Shown in pieces: positions 22,431 through 32,573 of a DNA stretch of 64,000 nt. The first letter of the stretch is position 1; every line of letters starts with the position of its first letter. A program made the translations under genes and the position numbers. Below the pieces are notes generated by a model. That model was not told the origin of the DNA, made no database searches, and saw only the letters and a program-made list of their open reading frames with translations. Origin of the DNA: Thermodesulfobacteriota bacterium (GTDB taxonomy: Bacteria; Desulfobacterota_D; UBA1144; Nemesobacterales; JAJCZQ01); the NCBI GenBank assembly GCA_965203965.1, contig CBDBDR010000017.1, positions 960,001 to 1,024,000 of the forward strand. The letters run 5' to 3'.

Positions 22431-22703
22431 GGTATTGTAAAGTTCAGAAATTAAAGAGGTTTAATTATACGTGAAAATTCAATTAACAGAAATCCCCACA
22501 ATAGGATGAGGAAAAAGTCTTCCTATTACAGTAAAACCATTCCTTTTTGAAAAACCGTATTACATACTGGAATAACTGTTTGTAATTATCCGGTAGTTCA
22601 ACTTTTTTATTGCCATTCAATACTATTTTCAATCTGGAAAATATGACAGGAATCGGGTTGCAAAACTTCCCTCAATCTCTTACTCTATAGTGGAAAATAA
22701 TAG

Positions 22704-23408
22704 ATGAAATTAACAATAATAAACTCTCAAAACAATACCAAAACAAATTATGATTTCATTTCCAGGGATAATTTAAAAAGAATATTGTCAGATTCCAAAA
22801 TCCGTCTTGACGCTTATTTTGAATCAAAAATCTCAGAACGGAATGAAATTTCAGTTACCTGTAAACCAAAAGACATTGTAACAACAGAAAATGAACCAGA
22901 AATTCACTATGGATTTCACTCGACGCAATTTGGCAGATGTCTAATTGGCATCACAGACAAGGGAATATGCTACCTGAGCTTCACGTCTGACAAAAACACA
23001 GAGTTCTATCTCAACGATTTAAAAACCAGATGGAAAAAATCATCGGTAAGCAAAAACCCAAAATCCACATCAGAATTTATAGACAGAATATTTAGAAGAA
23101 ACAAAAAAAAGATGGCAAAACCAATTGACCTGTATTTAACTGGAACAGATTTTCAAATCAAAGTATGGAAAGCACTACTGATGATACCAAGAGGTTCACT
23201 TGTAACTTACAGCCAACTTGCAAATTACATAAACTACCCTAAAGCCATTCGAGCAGTTTCAAATGCCGTCGCGAAAAATCCCATCTCATTCATTGTCCCT
23301 TGCCATAGGGTCATAAAGAAAAGCGGAGACATTCACAAATACAGATGGGGAAAAGAAAAGAAAATCTCAATGATCCTCAGTGAATTTTATGAAACTGAAT
23401 ACCTGTGA
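22704..23408 (+). CDS. ogt: Methylated-DNA--protein-cysteine methyltransferase
   Basis: GTDFQIKVW, RAVSNA..NP, active site PCHRV. Confidence 0.9.
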   Translation: MKLTIINSQNNTKTNYDFISRDNLKRILSDSKIRLDAYFESKISERNEISVTCKPKDIVTTENEPEIHYGFHSTQFGRCLIGITDKGICYLSFTSDKNTEFYLNDLKTRWKKSSVSKNPKSTSEFIDRIFRRNKKKMAKPIDLYLTGTDFQIKVWKALLMIPRGSLVTYSQLANYINYPKAIRAVSNAVAKNPISFIVPCHRVIKKSGDIHKYRWGKEKKISMILSEFYETEYL

Positions 23409-24024
23409 TTTTGACACAGAGAGAAAAAGGATGGTGGAAGATCAGCTGGCTTCCAACGGTATAGTTCAGCAGGAGGTGTTAGATGCCTTTTTGACCGTGC
23501 CAAGACACCTTTTTGTTCCAAACGAATACAAGAACAGGTCTTATGAAAGCACACCTCTACCAATAGGAAGTTCACAGACAATATCACAACCTTTTGTAAT
23601 TGCTTATATGATCCAGGCATTAAAATTAAGAAGAGGTGACAAGGTGCTTGAAGTCGGAACAGGATCAGGCTACCAGACAGCTATTCTTTGCGAGATAGGA
23701 TGCAAAGTTTATACAGTTGAACTTATTGAAGAACTTGCAAAAAGAGCCGAACGGACTTTTTATCTCATGAGATATGGTAATATAAAGTTCAAGATAGGGA
23801 ATGCACGTAACGGCTTTGAGGAAGGTGCCCCTTATGATGGAATAGTTGTCTCCGCAGCATCAGAAGATATACCCAGCAAACTGGTTTATCAGCTCAAAGA
23901 ACAGGAAGGAAATATGATCATACCAGTTGGCAAAAAGTCTCAACAACTGGTGCTAATCACAAAAAGTGAAAAAAATATAAAGGAAAAAATTCTGATTCCA
24001 GTCAAGTTTGTTCCGCTGATTTAG
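23380..24024 (+). CDS. pcm: Protein-L-isoaspartate O-methyltransferase
   Basis: VPRHLF, QTISQP, VLEVGTGSGYQ, FVPL. Start may be ATG 23389. Confidence 0.93.
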   Translation: MNFMKLNTCDFDTERKRMVEDQLASNGIVQQEVLDAFLTVPRHLFVPNEYKNRSYESTPLPIGSSQTISQPFVIAYMIQALKLRRGDKVLEVGTGSGYQTAILCEIGCKVYTVELIEELAKRAERTFYLMRYGNIKFKIGNARNGFEEGAPYDGIVVSAASEDIPSKLVYQLKEQEGNMIIPVGKKSQQLVLITKSEKNIKEKILIPVKFVPLI

Positions 24025-24056
24025 TAAATATAAAAATAGAAGAAGAAATAAAAAGT

Positions 24057-24224
24057 ATGAAGGGGAAAAGCTATTTTGTTATTTTAATGATACTTATTTT
24101 GATCTCCACGATAGGAGGAGCTTATGTTTTTCCAAAGCCAAGTTGGGGAGGTGCCATTTTCTATCTATGTATGGTCTCATCAATGATTTTCCTTGCCGGA
24201 CACTGGATATATAACATCAGGTAA
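24057..24224 (+). CDS. Small 2-TM membrane protein, 55 aa (not in the ORF track)
   Basis: Hand translation MKGKSYFVILMILILISTIGGAYVFPKPSWGGAIFYLCMVSSMIFLAGHWIYNIR; fills the gap after pcm. Confidence 0.55.
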   Translation: MKGKSYFVILMILILISTIGGAYVFPKPSWGGAIFYLCMVSSMIFLAGHWIYNIR

Positions 24225-24266
24225 AAATATATGGTTGTATAGTTAAACGGACTTAAACAAAAATAT

Positions 24267-25442
24267 CTAAACACCTCTCAATTCCCGTAAAATACCAATT
24301 TGCTTGTCTGAGGCATCTTCCGAATTAATAATAAACAACCCAATTCCGTTGCATCGGGCTTCTTTTATAGCGGAAAGAATTAAAACTTTATCTTTTCTTT
24401 TAAAATTGTTTTTCAAGAAAAATTTCCCAATTTCTACATCACTCATTTTGCTGTGCAAAACACCTTGTCCCGTTTCTGAAGTCAGCCCTATCACAGCATA
24501 ATACGGCATGTTTTCATTGTTATACTTCAAACTATTTATGTTGGAAAACAACGCCAACTTAACAAAAGCATCTTTAATATCATTTTTGGACGGAAGCAAT
24601 TTTCTTCTGCTATGTTTTTTCTCTACTAAAAACACGCACCCATTTATGAAAAAATATTCATCCACAGTCCAATAATACAGTCCACCTAAAAGATTTTTTA
24701 GAGTAATTACAGCTTTTTCCCCTATGGTTCTCTCTTTGGGTTGAACTGTCAAAGTCTCACGGAGTTGTGCTTCTTGAGCCAATTGCCTTGATAGTTTCCG
24801 GAATTTAGACGCACAATCTTCAGCAATTTTAATTCGCTTTTCAATACCACCCTCACCATGCAATAAAACACCTGTTTTACTACTGATTTTTCTATAATAC
24901 TCCAAAGTCAATTTTGCAACCTTAGACAGTTGTTCCATTTGTTTTAAATTCCAATGCAATGCGCTGGAATGATAGTTCTGCAGTTCATTGAGATTCTCAC
25001 CTACATGACTGTAGTCAAAAATTTGATTGCTGATTTTGTTCTTGTATACCTGCCCGGGACGTGTGTTTTTTTCCGCTTTATTGTAATAACCAATAATTAC
25101 ATAGACATTGAGCAAACTCATTAATGAAACAGTATCCCATTGAATAAAATCCCGGTCACCATCCGCACCTTCATCTTTACAGAACGGAATAAGTGTTATG
25201 CGGTTCTTTCTGCACAATGTGTCATAAACCCGTGCAAATGGGAATGTTCTGGTACGTTTGGGAGAAACCCATTGGCTAAAAGCGTATTCATCTTTCCCTG
25301 TATTTAGAATAAAACTGCCTTTAGAAGAGAGTCTACCTCTGATAAGGTCATTTACAGAAAAAACTTCTAATTGATCAGAGAGTTTTGTTACATATTCAAT
25401 TTCTTTTAGTTCCGCAAAAATATAGGCGGGCTTACTCATCAA
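24267..25442 (-). CDS. Putative restriction endonuclease (PD-(D/E)xK-like)
   Basis: Overlaps the stop of an MTase gene; candidate catalytic VDE...VEKK; conserved-looking WVSPKRTRTFPFARVYDTL block. Confidence 0.6.
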   Translation of the reverse strand: MMSKPAYIFAELKEIEYVTKLSDQLEVFSVNDLIRGRLSSKGSFILNTGKDEYAFSQWVSPKRTRTFPFARVYDTLCRKNRITLIPFCKDEGADGDRDFIQWDTVSLMSLLNVYVIIGYYNKAEKNTRPGQVYKNKISNQIFDYSHVGENLNELQNYHSSALHWNLKQMEQLSKVAKLTLEYYRKISSKTGVLLHGEGGIEKRIKIAEDCASKFRKLSRQLAQEAQLRETLTVQPKERTIGEKAVITLKNLLGGLYYWTVDEYFFINGCVFLVEKKHSRRKLLPSKNDIKDAFVKLALFSNINSLKYNNENMPYYAVIGLTSETGQGVLHSKMSDVEIGKFFLKNNFKRKDKVLILSAIKEARCNGIGLFIINSEDASDKQIGILRELRGV

Positions 25443-26553
25443 ATAATCCCTTTAACTTTTCAATCTCCTTAACACCATATTCTATGTATTGCTTTTCAGT
25501 CTCTATTCCTATGTGCTTTCTTTTAAGTTTTTCCGCGGCAAGATTTGTAACTCCACTACCAGCAAAAATATCAAGAACAATGTCGCCTTTATACGAATAA
25601 TACTGGATAACACGGCTCGCCAATTCTTCCGGAAACGGACAAGGATGAATGTTTTCCTGCGGAGCAACGGGACGAATATTCCAAATATTTTTACTTTGCT
25701 CTTGATACCCTTCCAAGTTGAGTTTGTTTTCTCTTTTTTCTTTAGCGGAACGATTGTGGTAGATATTGTTTTCCGACTTTTTCCCAGCAGGCTTTTGAAA
25801 TACAAACACATATTCCACAGCCAAACTCGGATAGTAATAGCCGGGGAAGGGATGTTGGATTAAAACACCGCTTCTCTTATCTCTGACTACTCCCTTTTCC
25901 CAAATAATATCTTCTTTGAACTGCCAGCCAATTTCTTCCATCCAGCAAACAAAATGAAAAGGTAGTGGCACACGTTTACCTTCCCAAGCCACAGGAGAAA
26001 TATTAACCACATTGTGACCGCCAGGTTTGATAACTCGATACATCTCCTTAAACCTGTCAATCAGAAATGTCTTGTAAAAATCATAAGATTGTTCTCTCCT
26101 CTCCCAATATCTGACCTCTCCATTAAGTTTCTTAACGTGGTCATCGTAGTTGATAGCATTGTGATAAGGCGGTGATGTAAATGAAAGAACAACACTGTCA
26201 TCCGCTAGTGTTTTCATTGATTCCAAGCAATCACCGCAAATAAACTGCCCTAATCCCGCCTTGTATATATTAAACTTTTCACGATTGACCCGAAAGCGTC
26301 CTCCTAGTTCCAAAGCAGAAATAATCTGTAGTGCTTTGTTTTTTCCAACTCCCTTGAATTTCAGCAAATCTTCCACCGTGATTTTATCGGTCAAGTTAGA
26401 ACGGAGATAATCAACTAGTTCTTTGCTCAAATGGCTTATTTTGTTTCCCTTCGTGCCGGTGCCGAGAATGATGGACAACAACTCTTCCGTATTTAGCTGA
26501 GACGGTGGATTGGAAAGAAGTTTTTCCCGAGGTTGCTGATTTGTTGCAGACAT
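25432..26553 (-). CDS. RadC N-terminal (HhH) domain fused to a beta-class DNA methyltransferase
   Basis: aa 1-88 QPREKL...ELLSIILGTG...KGVGKNKALQIISALELGGR is RadC-N; then TSPPY, HPCPFP, DIFAGSG. Confidence 0.85.
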   Translation of the reverse strand: MSATNQQPREKLLSNPPSQLNTEELLSIILGTGTKGNKISHLSKELVDYLRSNLTDKITVEDLLKFKGVGKNKALQIISALELGGRFRVNREKFNIYKAGLGQFICGDCLESMKTLADDSVVLSFTSPPYHNAINYDDHVKKLNGEVRYWERREQSYDFYKTFLIDRFKEMYRVIKPGGHNVVNISPVAWEGKRVPLPFHFVCWMEEIGWQFKEDIIWEKGVVRDKRSGVLIQHPFPGYYYPSLAVEYVFVFQKPAGKKSENNIYHNRSAKEKRENKLNLEGYQEQSKNIWNIRPVAPQENIHPCPFPEELASRVIQYYSYKGDIVLDIFAGSGVTNLAAEKLKRKHIGIETEKQYIEYGVKEIEKLKGLFDE

Positions 26554-26662
26554 GATATTTAGTAGGACACCATTATATAATTGTCTTTACAGATAAAAGT
26601 GAGTTCAAAGTATTACCACAAACGTGTGAAAGAATACCCCATAGATAATAACTTCCTAAAAC

Positions 26663-27643
26663 TTAATTAACCCTGTCAACAACAAAATCTGCAAGTGAAT
26701 TAAGTGAGTTTTTATATTTACCCCCAGATATATGGTTAATTGAACTTTTGGCATTGTTGACGTATTGTCTTGCCATGTTTCTGGTTGTTTCAACACCATC
26801 GTATTTTTTCACCAAATCGCGCAGCTCGTTAATTTCAGGTTCAGAGAGTTCGTTTTTTTTAAGCATCTTCTGTGTTCTACTTTTTTCAGAGTTTGTAGCT
26901 TTTTTTATTGAATAATAAAGTGGAAGAGTCATCTTACACTCAACAATATCCCGTCCAACTTTCTTGCCAAAAACTTCTTCTGAAGAGCAGTAGTCAAGTG
27001 CATCATCAATAAGTTGAAAGGCAATACCTATATTAAAACCATAATTTGATAGTGAACCAATGGAGCCATTTTCAGACCCTGCTAATATCCCTCCTATTTT
27101 GCCACAACTTTCGATCAACGCAGCAGTTTTCAACTCTATTATTGAAAAGCAATTCTCCTCAGAAACGTCAATCATTTTGCTTTCACTCATTACTTCAAGC
27201 ACCTGTCCTTCAGCAAGCTTAGCAGACGCATCAGTTACGGCTTTGATTAGCTCCAAATTGCCGCAAGACTGTATCAATCCAAGTGCCTTTGACAACATAA
27301 AATCACCCACGAGCACAGTTGGCTTATTTTTCCATACTATATTTGATGAAGCTTTTCCCCTACGCATCTCCGCTTCATCAACAACATCATCGTGAAGTAA
27401 TGTTGCGGTATGAATAAGCTCAATAGCAGCAGCAGATTTAATTCGCTCCCTACCATCTAAAAGTCCACATGCACCGCCTGACAGCAATAGAATTGATGGC
27501 CTCAATCTTTTTCCACCACTCCCAAGCAGGTAACTGGAAATTTCATAGACCAGAGGAACCGGGGATTTTATACTTTCTTCTATTTCACGTTCAACTTTAT
27601 CCAGATCGGGAGCTATCAATTCAAAAATTTCACTATATTTCAT
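26663..27643 (-). CDS. ispB: Polyprenyl (octaprenyl-like) diphosphate synthase
   Basis: GGKRLRP, LLHDDVVD..RRG, AFQLIDD. Confidence 0.9.
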   Translation of the reverse strand: MKYSEIFELIAPDLDKVEREIEESIKSPVPLVYEISSYLLGSGGKRLRPSILLLSGGACGLLDGRERIKSAAAIELIHTATLLHDDVVDEAEMRRGKASSNIVWKNKPTVLVGDFMLSKALGLIQSCGNLELIKAVTDASAKLAEGQVLEVMSESKMIDVSEENCFSIIELKTAALIESCGKIGGILAGSENGSIGSLSNYGFNIGIAFQLIDDALDYCSSEEVFGKKVGRDIVECKMTLPLYYSIKKATNSEKSRTQKMLKKNELSEPEINELRDLVKKYDGVETTRNMARQYVNNAKSSINHISGGKYKNSLNSLADFVVDRVN

Positions 27644-27767
27644 ATAAACTTTCTATGCTACTCTGAACATTTATAATAGTCAAAGTGAGTTGTCCATCCA
27701 GTTGCGTTTTACACCTACCAGTTTACTTTTAAAGTGATATTATCTATTAGAGTAGTACGGAGTATCT

Positions 27768-28340
27768 ATGGAATGGGTTGATATTTTAATTTTGATCGTT
27801 TTACTTTTCCTCTTTCTAGCAGGTTTCAGCCGCGGATTTATAAAACAGTTGTTTTCCCTCACCGCTTTGATTGCCGGGATAACGAGCGGAATATTATTCT
27901 ATGAACCAGCAGGCAGAATGTTGATAGAAAACAACCTTGTGGAAAATTTGTCAAGTGCATTGGTGGTTGGATTTATTTTAGTTGCTATCGTTACTTTTAT
28001 TATCGTTCAATTACTCGGATGGCTCACAACCTATTTCCTTATAGGAAAACTCAAATTGGGATGGCTAAACAAATTGGCAGGTGGAATGGTAGGAATTTTA
28101 ATTGGAATTATCATCATGTTCTCTGCACTTTCCTGGCTTAATATCCCTGTTGGATCAACTCCCAAAGAATCAATTTTTCTTCCCCACATCAGGAAAACAT
28201 ACAATACGGTGATGGATTTAATTCCGGTCAGTATGAAAAAAGGTTCTGAAAAGAAAAAGAAACAACTCATAGAAAAAGGTGAAGAGATAATAACGCATAT
28301 TAAAGAAGCAGATAAATTGAAATCTGATAAAGAGAACTGA
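27768..28340 (+). CDS. cvpA: CvpA family membrane protein
   Basis: WVDILIL, RGFIKQ, NKLAGG; 4 TM segments. Confidence 0.85.
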   Translation: MEWVDILILIVLLFLFLAGFSRGFIKQLFSLTALIAGITSGILFYEPAGRMLIENNLVENLSSALVVGFILVAIVTFIIVQLLGWLTTYFLIGKLKLGWLNKLAGGMVGILIGIIIMFSALSWLNIPVGSTPKESIFLPHIRKTYNTVMDLIPVSMKKGSEKKKKQLIEKGEEIITHIKEADKLKSDKEN

Positions 28341-28353
28341 GCATCCAAAAATT

Positions 28354-29358
28354 ATGAATGGCATAGTAACTCTGGATGAATTTATAATAAACAGACAGAA
28401 GGATTTTAATTACTCCACAGGTGAATTTTCCAGACTGTTGAGAGACATTGGCTTCGCAGCAAAGCTGGTTCACAGAGATATAAGTAAAGCGGGACTTGTC
28501 AAAGAAATACTCGGAAAGACCGGCTCAATCAACATTCAAGGTGAAGAGGTTCAAAAACTAGACGAATACGCCAATGTTCAATTCATAGATGCTTTGAAGT
28601 TTGGCGGAGAATGTGCGGGGATCTGCACCGAAGAAATGGAAACCTTCATTTCTTTTGATGATGAAAATTCCAAAAGCTCTAAATACGTGATCGTTATGGA
28701 TCCACTTGATGGATCTTCAAATATTGACGTGAATGTGTCCGTTGGCACTATTTTTTCTATATATAAGAGACAATCCCAGACCAATGACCTATGCCGTATG
28801 GAAGATTTTTTGCAGGCTGGAACAAAACAGGTAGCAGCTGGTTATATCATCTATGGCTCATCAACTATGCTTGTGTATACAGCTGGACATGGCGTGAATG
28901 GTTTTACTTTGGATCCTTCAATAGGAGAGTTTTGCCTTTCACATCCCGATATAAGAATCCCTGAAGACGGCAAACTGTATTCATTTAATCACGGCAACTT
29001 CTCAAACTTTTTTAAGAACATAAAAGATTATATAGACTGCTCATTTGACGTTTCTAAAAACAGTCCATCAATTTCATACAGGTATGTTGGCTCAATGGTG
29101 GCAGACATTCACAGAAATCTGCTCAAAGGAGGTATTTTTATGTATCCCCCAACTTCAGACTCGCCGCAAGGCAAATTGAGATTGGTTTATGAATGTAATC
29201 CCATGGCTTTTATCGTTGAGCATGCAGGAGGAAGCGCCACTAACGGTTCGAACAGGATACTTGATATGAAGCCATCCAATTTACATCAAAGGGTGCCTAT
29301 TTATATTGGCTCCCGTAACATGGTGAAAAAAGTGAAAGAATTTTTAATCCGTAGCTGA
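28354..29358 (+). CDS. fbp: Fructose-1,6-bisphosphatase class 1
   Basis: [35 protein letters not shown]. Confidence 0.97.
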   Translation: MNGIVTLDEFIINRQKDFNYSTGEFSRLLRDIGFAAKLVHRDISKAGLVKEILGKTGSINIQGEEVQKLDEYANVQFIDALKFGGECAGICTEEMETFISFDDENSKSSKYVIVMDPLDGSSNIDVNVSVGTIFSIYKRQSQTNDLCRMEDFLQAGTKQVAAGYIIYGSSTMLVYTAGHGVNGFTLDPSIGEFCLSHPDIRIPEDGKLYSFNHGNFSNFFKNIKDYIDCSFDVSKNSPSISYRYVGSMVADIHRNLLKGGIFMYPPTSDSPQGKLRLVYECNPMAFIVEHAGGSATNGSNRILDMKPSNLHQRVPIYIGSRNMVKKVKEFLIRS

Positions 29359-29368
29359 TTCAAATTTC

Positions 29369-30253
29369 ATGTCAGACAATACACTGTTAAAAACGGATTT
29401 TAACACCTCATTGCCCATAAGAGGAAAAGTAAGGGATATTTTCCCTCTGGGCAACAACAGACTTTTAATTGTTACGACAGACAGAATATCGGCTTATGAC
29501 CACATTCTCCCAAACGCCATTCCGGGGAAAGGAATGGTATTAAATAAAATGTCAGAGTTCTGGTTTAACCAAACAAAAAACCTTGTCAAAAACCATCTTA
29601 TATCAACCAACATCCAAGACTATCCGGAGGAGTTCAAGCAGTATACGCAAATACTGGAAGGTAGAAGTATGATAGTAGCTAAAACCAAACCACTTCCCTT
29701 AGAATGTATTGTCAGGGGATACATATCAGGGTCGGGATGGACTGAATATAAAAGCACTGGTAAGATATGCGGTATTCAATTGTCTTGTGGGCTGGAGGAG
29801 TCTTCAAAGCTTGAAACACCAATATTTACCCCCTCCACAAAAGCCGAGCACGGAGAACATGACGCAAATATATCTTACGAAAAAATAGCCAACATGATCG
29901 GTGAAGACATTGCAAAACAGGTCCGTAAAATCAGTTTGGAAATCTATAACAGAGCAAGCAGACTTGCATACAGCAAGGGAATAATTATTGCAGATACAAA
30001 ATTTGAATTCGGTATTGATAACGACAGCGAATTGATACTTATAGATGAAGTTCTTACCCCAGATTCTTCAAGGTTCTGGTCAAAAGAAGAATACACACCC
30101 GGAAGACCACAAAAAAGTTTTGATAAGCAGTTCGTAAGGGATTATCTAAACTCAATTGGTTGGAATAGAACCCCCCCGGTGCCAGAATTGCCAGAGGAAG
30201 TAATTAACAAAACAAAAAAGAAATATGAATCAATGTTAAGTTTATTCAGTTAA
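29369..30253 (+). CDS. purC: SAICAR synthetase
   Basis: [40 protein letters not shown]. Confidence 0.97.
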   Translation: MSDNTLLKTDFNTSLPIRGKVRDIFPLGNNRLLIVTTDRISAYDHILPNAIPGKGMVLNKMSEFWFNQTKNLVKNHLISTNIQDYPEEFKQYTQILEGRSMIVAKTKPLPLECIVRGYISGSGWTEYKSTGKICGIQLSCGLEESSKLETPIFTPSTKAEHGEHDANISYEKIANMIGEDIAKQVRKISLEIYNRASRLAYSKGIIIADTKFEFGIDNDSELILIDEVLTPDSSRFWSKEEYTPGRPQKSFDKQFVRDYLNSIGWNRTPPVPELPEEVINKTKKKYESMLSLFS

Positions 30254-30292
30254 TCAGTGAAAGTTACAACCCCCATCTGAAAGGAGAAAATT

Positions 30293-31114
30293 ATAAATCA
30301 ACCGGCAAAAGTAAGCATTATTGGCTGTGGCTGGCTTGGACTTCCACTTGGGATTTTCCTTTCCAAAAAAGGGTACCGGATCAAGGGATCTACAAGAGAC
30401 AAGAAAAAACTGAATTTAATCGGAAAGAGCAATATTGAACCGTATTTATTGTCCCTGAATCCTGAAATAAGCTGTGAAAGAAAAAGTGAGTTTTTTGACA
30501 CCGACATATTAGTGATCAATATTCCACCTCTTAGAAGAGATGATACAGTGGAGTATCACCAGCAACAAATAAAAAACTTGATAATGGAGATTGTTAAAGC
30601 CGGTATTAAAAATGTCTTGTTTACCAGCTCAACTTCAATTTATCCTGAGGTAAACAGAAAAGTATTTGAAGATGAAAAGCTGGCGCCGAGTAAATTATCA
30701 GGCATTGCGTTAAAGAAAGTAGAAGATCTACTATTAGGATCATACAAATTCCAAACCACTGTCCTTCGGCTTGCAGGACTAGTTGGCTATGATAGAAATC
30801 CGAGGAATTTCCTGAGAAAAAGAAAAGTCATCCATAAGATAAATACCCCGGTCAACCTGGTGCACAGAGATGATTGTATTAAAGTAATTTACCAAGTTAT
30901 TAAAAAAGGTATTTGGGGAAAAATTTACAATGTGTGCTGCGACAAGCACCCCGAAAGAATCAGCTTTTACAAAAATGAAGCGGAGATAGCAGGTATAGAA
31001 CCACCCGAAATGGAGTTTGCAAAAACAGCCAATTATAAAATTGTAAGCAATGAAAAAATAAAAAGAGAGTTGAATTACAGTTTTATCTACCCCGACCCTT
31101 TGGAATTTGAGTAA
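30293..31114 (+). CDS. NAD-dependent epimerase/SDR (YeeZ-like) with a non-canonical start
   Basis: The Rossmann motif IIGCGWLG lies in frame upstream of the called start at 30449. There is an in-frame TGA at 30278, and only ATT (30290) or ATA (30293) follow the AAGGAG SD. Confidence 0.8.
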   Translation: MNQPAKVSIIGCGWLGLPLGIFLSKKGYRIKGSTRDKKKLNLIGKSNIEPYLLSLNPEISCERKSEFFDTDILVINIPPLRRDDTVEYHQQQIKNLIMEIVKAGIKNVLFTSSTSIYPEVNRKVFEDEKLAPSKLSGIALKKVEDLLLGSYKFQTTVLRLAGLVGYDRNPRNFLRKRKVIHKINTPVNLVHRDDCIKVIYQVIKKGIWGKIYNVCCDKHPERISFYKNEAEIAGIEPPEMEFAKTANYKIVSNEKIKRELNYSFIYPDPLEFE

Positions 31115-31206
31115 TACAAATGGCAATTTTACAACCGCACTTGCAGGCATGATTAATTACAATATAGAATATACGGAGCTTTAAATATACTTAGAGGTCA
31201 CCGATA

Positions 31207-32496
31207 ATGCCCGAACTGAGAATCATCAGAAATTACGTTGGAATTGCAAACTCACACAAACTAAGTTCATACCTTGAAAGAGGAGGATATAAACCTCTTC
31301 AAAAGGCTTTAGGAATGGACAGAAAAGAAATAATTGAAATCATAAACAGATCGGGTCTTAGAGGCAGAGGAGGTGCAGGCTTTCCAACGGGTATGAAGTG
31401 GAGTTTTATACCACAAAATACCGGTAAACCTATTTACTTGTGTTGTAATGCCGATGAGAGTGAGCCCGGCAGCTTTAAAGACAGAGAAATACTCGAGTAC
31501 GACCCTCACCAAATGCTTGAAGGTATAGCGATTGCCTGCTATGCAATCAACTCACACAAAAGCTACATCTATATACGAGGGGAAATGCCTCACGGTGCAA
31601 AAATAATTCAAGAATCCATTGATGAAGCAAAAAGTAACGGTTATCTGGGTAAAAATATTTTTGATTCGGGATTTGATCTGGAAGTTTCTTTATACAGGGG
31701 TGCGGGAGCTTATATATGCGGAGAGGAAACGGGTCTCCTTGAATCAATTGAAGGTAAGAATGGTGAACCAAGACCAAAACCGCCGTTTCCCGCTCAGGTA
31801 GGTTTATTTGGTTACCCAACTATTGTCAATAATGTGGAAACATTGGCTTTTGTCCCCCACATAATAAACAAAGGTGCTGAGTGGTTTTCATCAATTGGCA
31901 CAGCAAAAAATACAGGCACAAAAATCTATGGTCTCAGCGGATGTATAAATAACCCTGGACTCTTTGAACTGCCCCTTGGAATTACAATAAGAGAACTGAT
32001 TGAAGAATACGGAAAAGGGGTGACGGGAGGTAGTAAAGTCAAAGCTATCTCTCCGGGAGGGTCTTCCTCAGCAGTTTTGACCGCTGAGGATCTTGATATG
32101 TCTCTTGATTTTGACACTATGGCAAAAGCAGGTTCAATGCTCGGAACTGCAGGGGTAACCGTCATGGATGAATCAGTTTGCATGGTTAGAGTTGCTCAGA
32201 ATTTAGCTCATTTTTACAGGGACGAATCATGCGGGCAGTGCGTGCAATGCAGGGAAGGTACATGGTGGCTTGAAAAGATGTTGAGAGAGATTGAAGAGGG
32301 AAAAGGTTCCTCGCAACATGTTGACACAATACTTGATGCCTGCTCCCAGATGAGAGGAACAACGATCTGTGCACTTGCTGACGGATGTGCAATGCCAGTT
32401 GATTCCATCGTCAGAAAATTCAGGAACGAATTTGAAGAACACATCAAACAGGGTAAATGCCCGTTTGACAATCCTTACATGGGTGATTGGGATTAG
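31207..32496 (+). CDS. nuoF: NADH-quinone oxidoreductase subunit F
   Basis: GRGGAGFPTG, NADESEPG, GAGAYICGEET, ESCGQCVQCREG...TIC. Confidence 0.95.
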   Translation: MPELRIIRNYVGIANSHKLSSYLERGGYKPLQKALGMDRKEIIEIINRSGLRGRGGAGFPTGMKWSFIPQNTGKPIYLCCNADESEPGSFKDREILEYDPHQMLEGIAIACYAINSHKSYIYIRGEMPHGAKIIQESIDEAKSNGYLGKNIFDSGFDLEVSLYRGAGAYICGEETGLLESIEGKNGEPRPKPPFPAQVGLFGYPTIVNNVETLAFVPHIINKGAEWFSSIGTAKNTGTKIYGLSGCINNPGLFELPLGITIRELIEEYGKGVTGGSKVKAISPGGSSSAVLTAEDLDMSLDFDTMAKAGSMLGTAGVTVMDESVCMVRVAQNLAHFYRDESCGQCVQCREGTWWLEKMLREIEEGKGSSQHVDTILDACSQMRGTTICALADGCAMPVDSIVRKFRNEFEEHIKQGKCPFDNPYMGDWD

Positions 32497-32573
32497 TTCG
32501 TATTATTATATCTATTAACTCTGACATGATCTTTCTAAGAAAGACCTGACCCTTTTTGTAATTAACAACTAAA

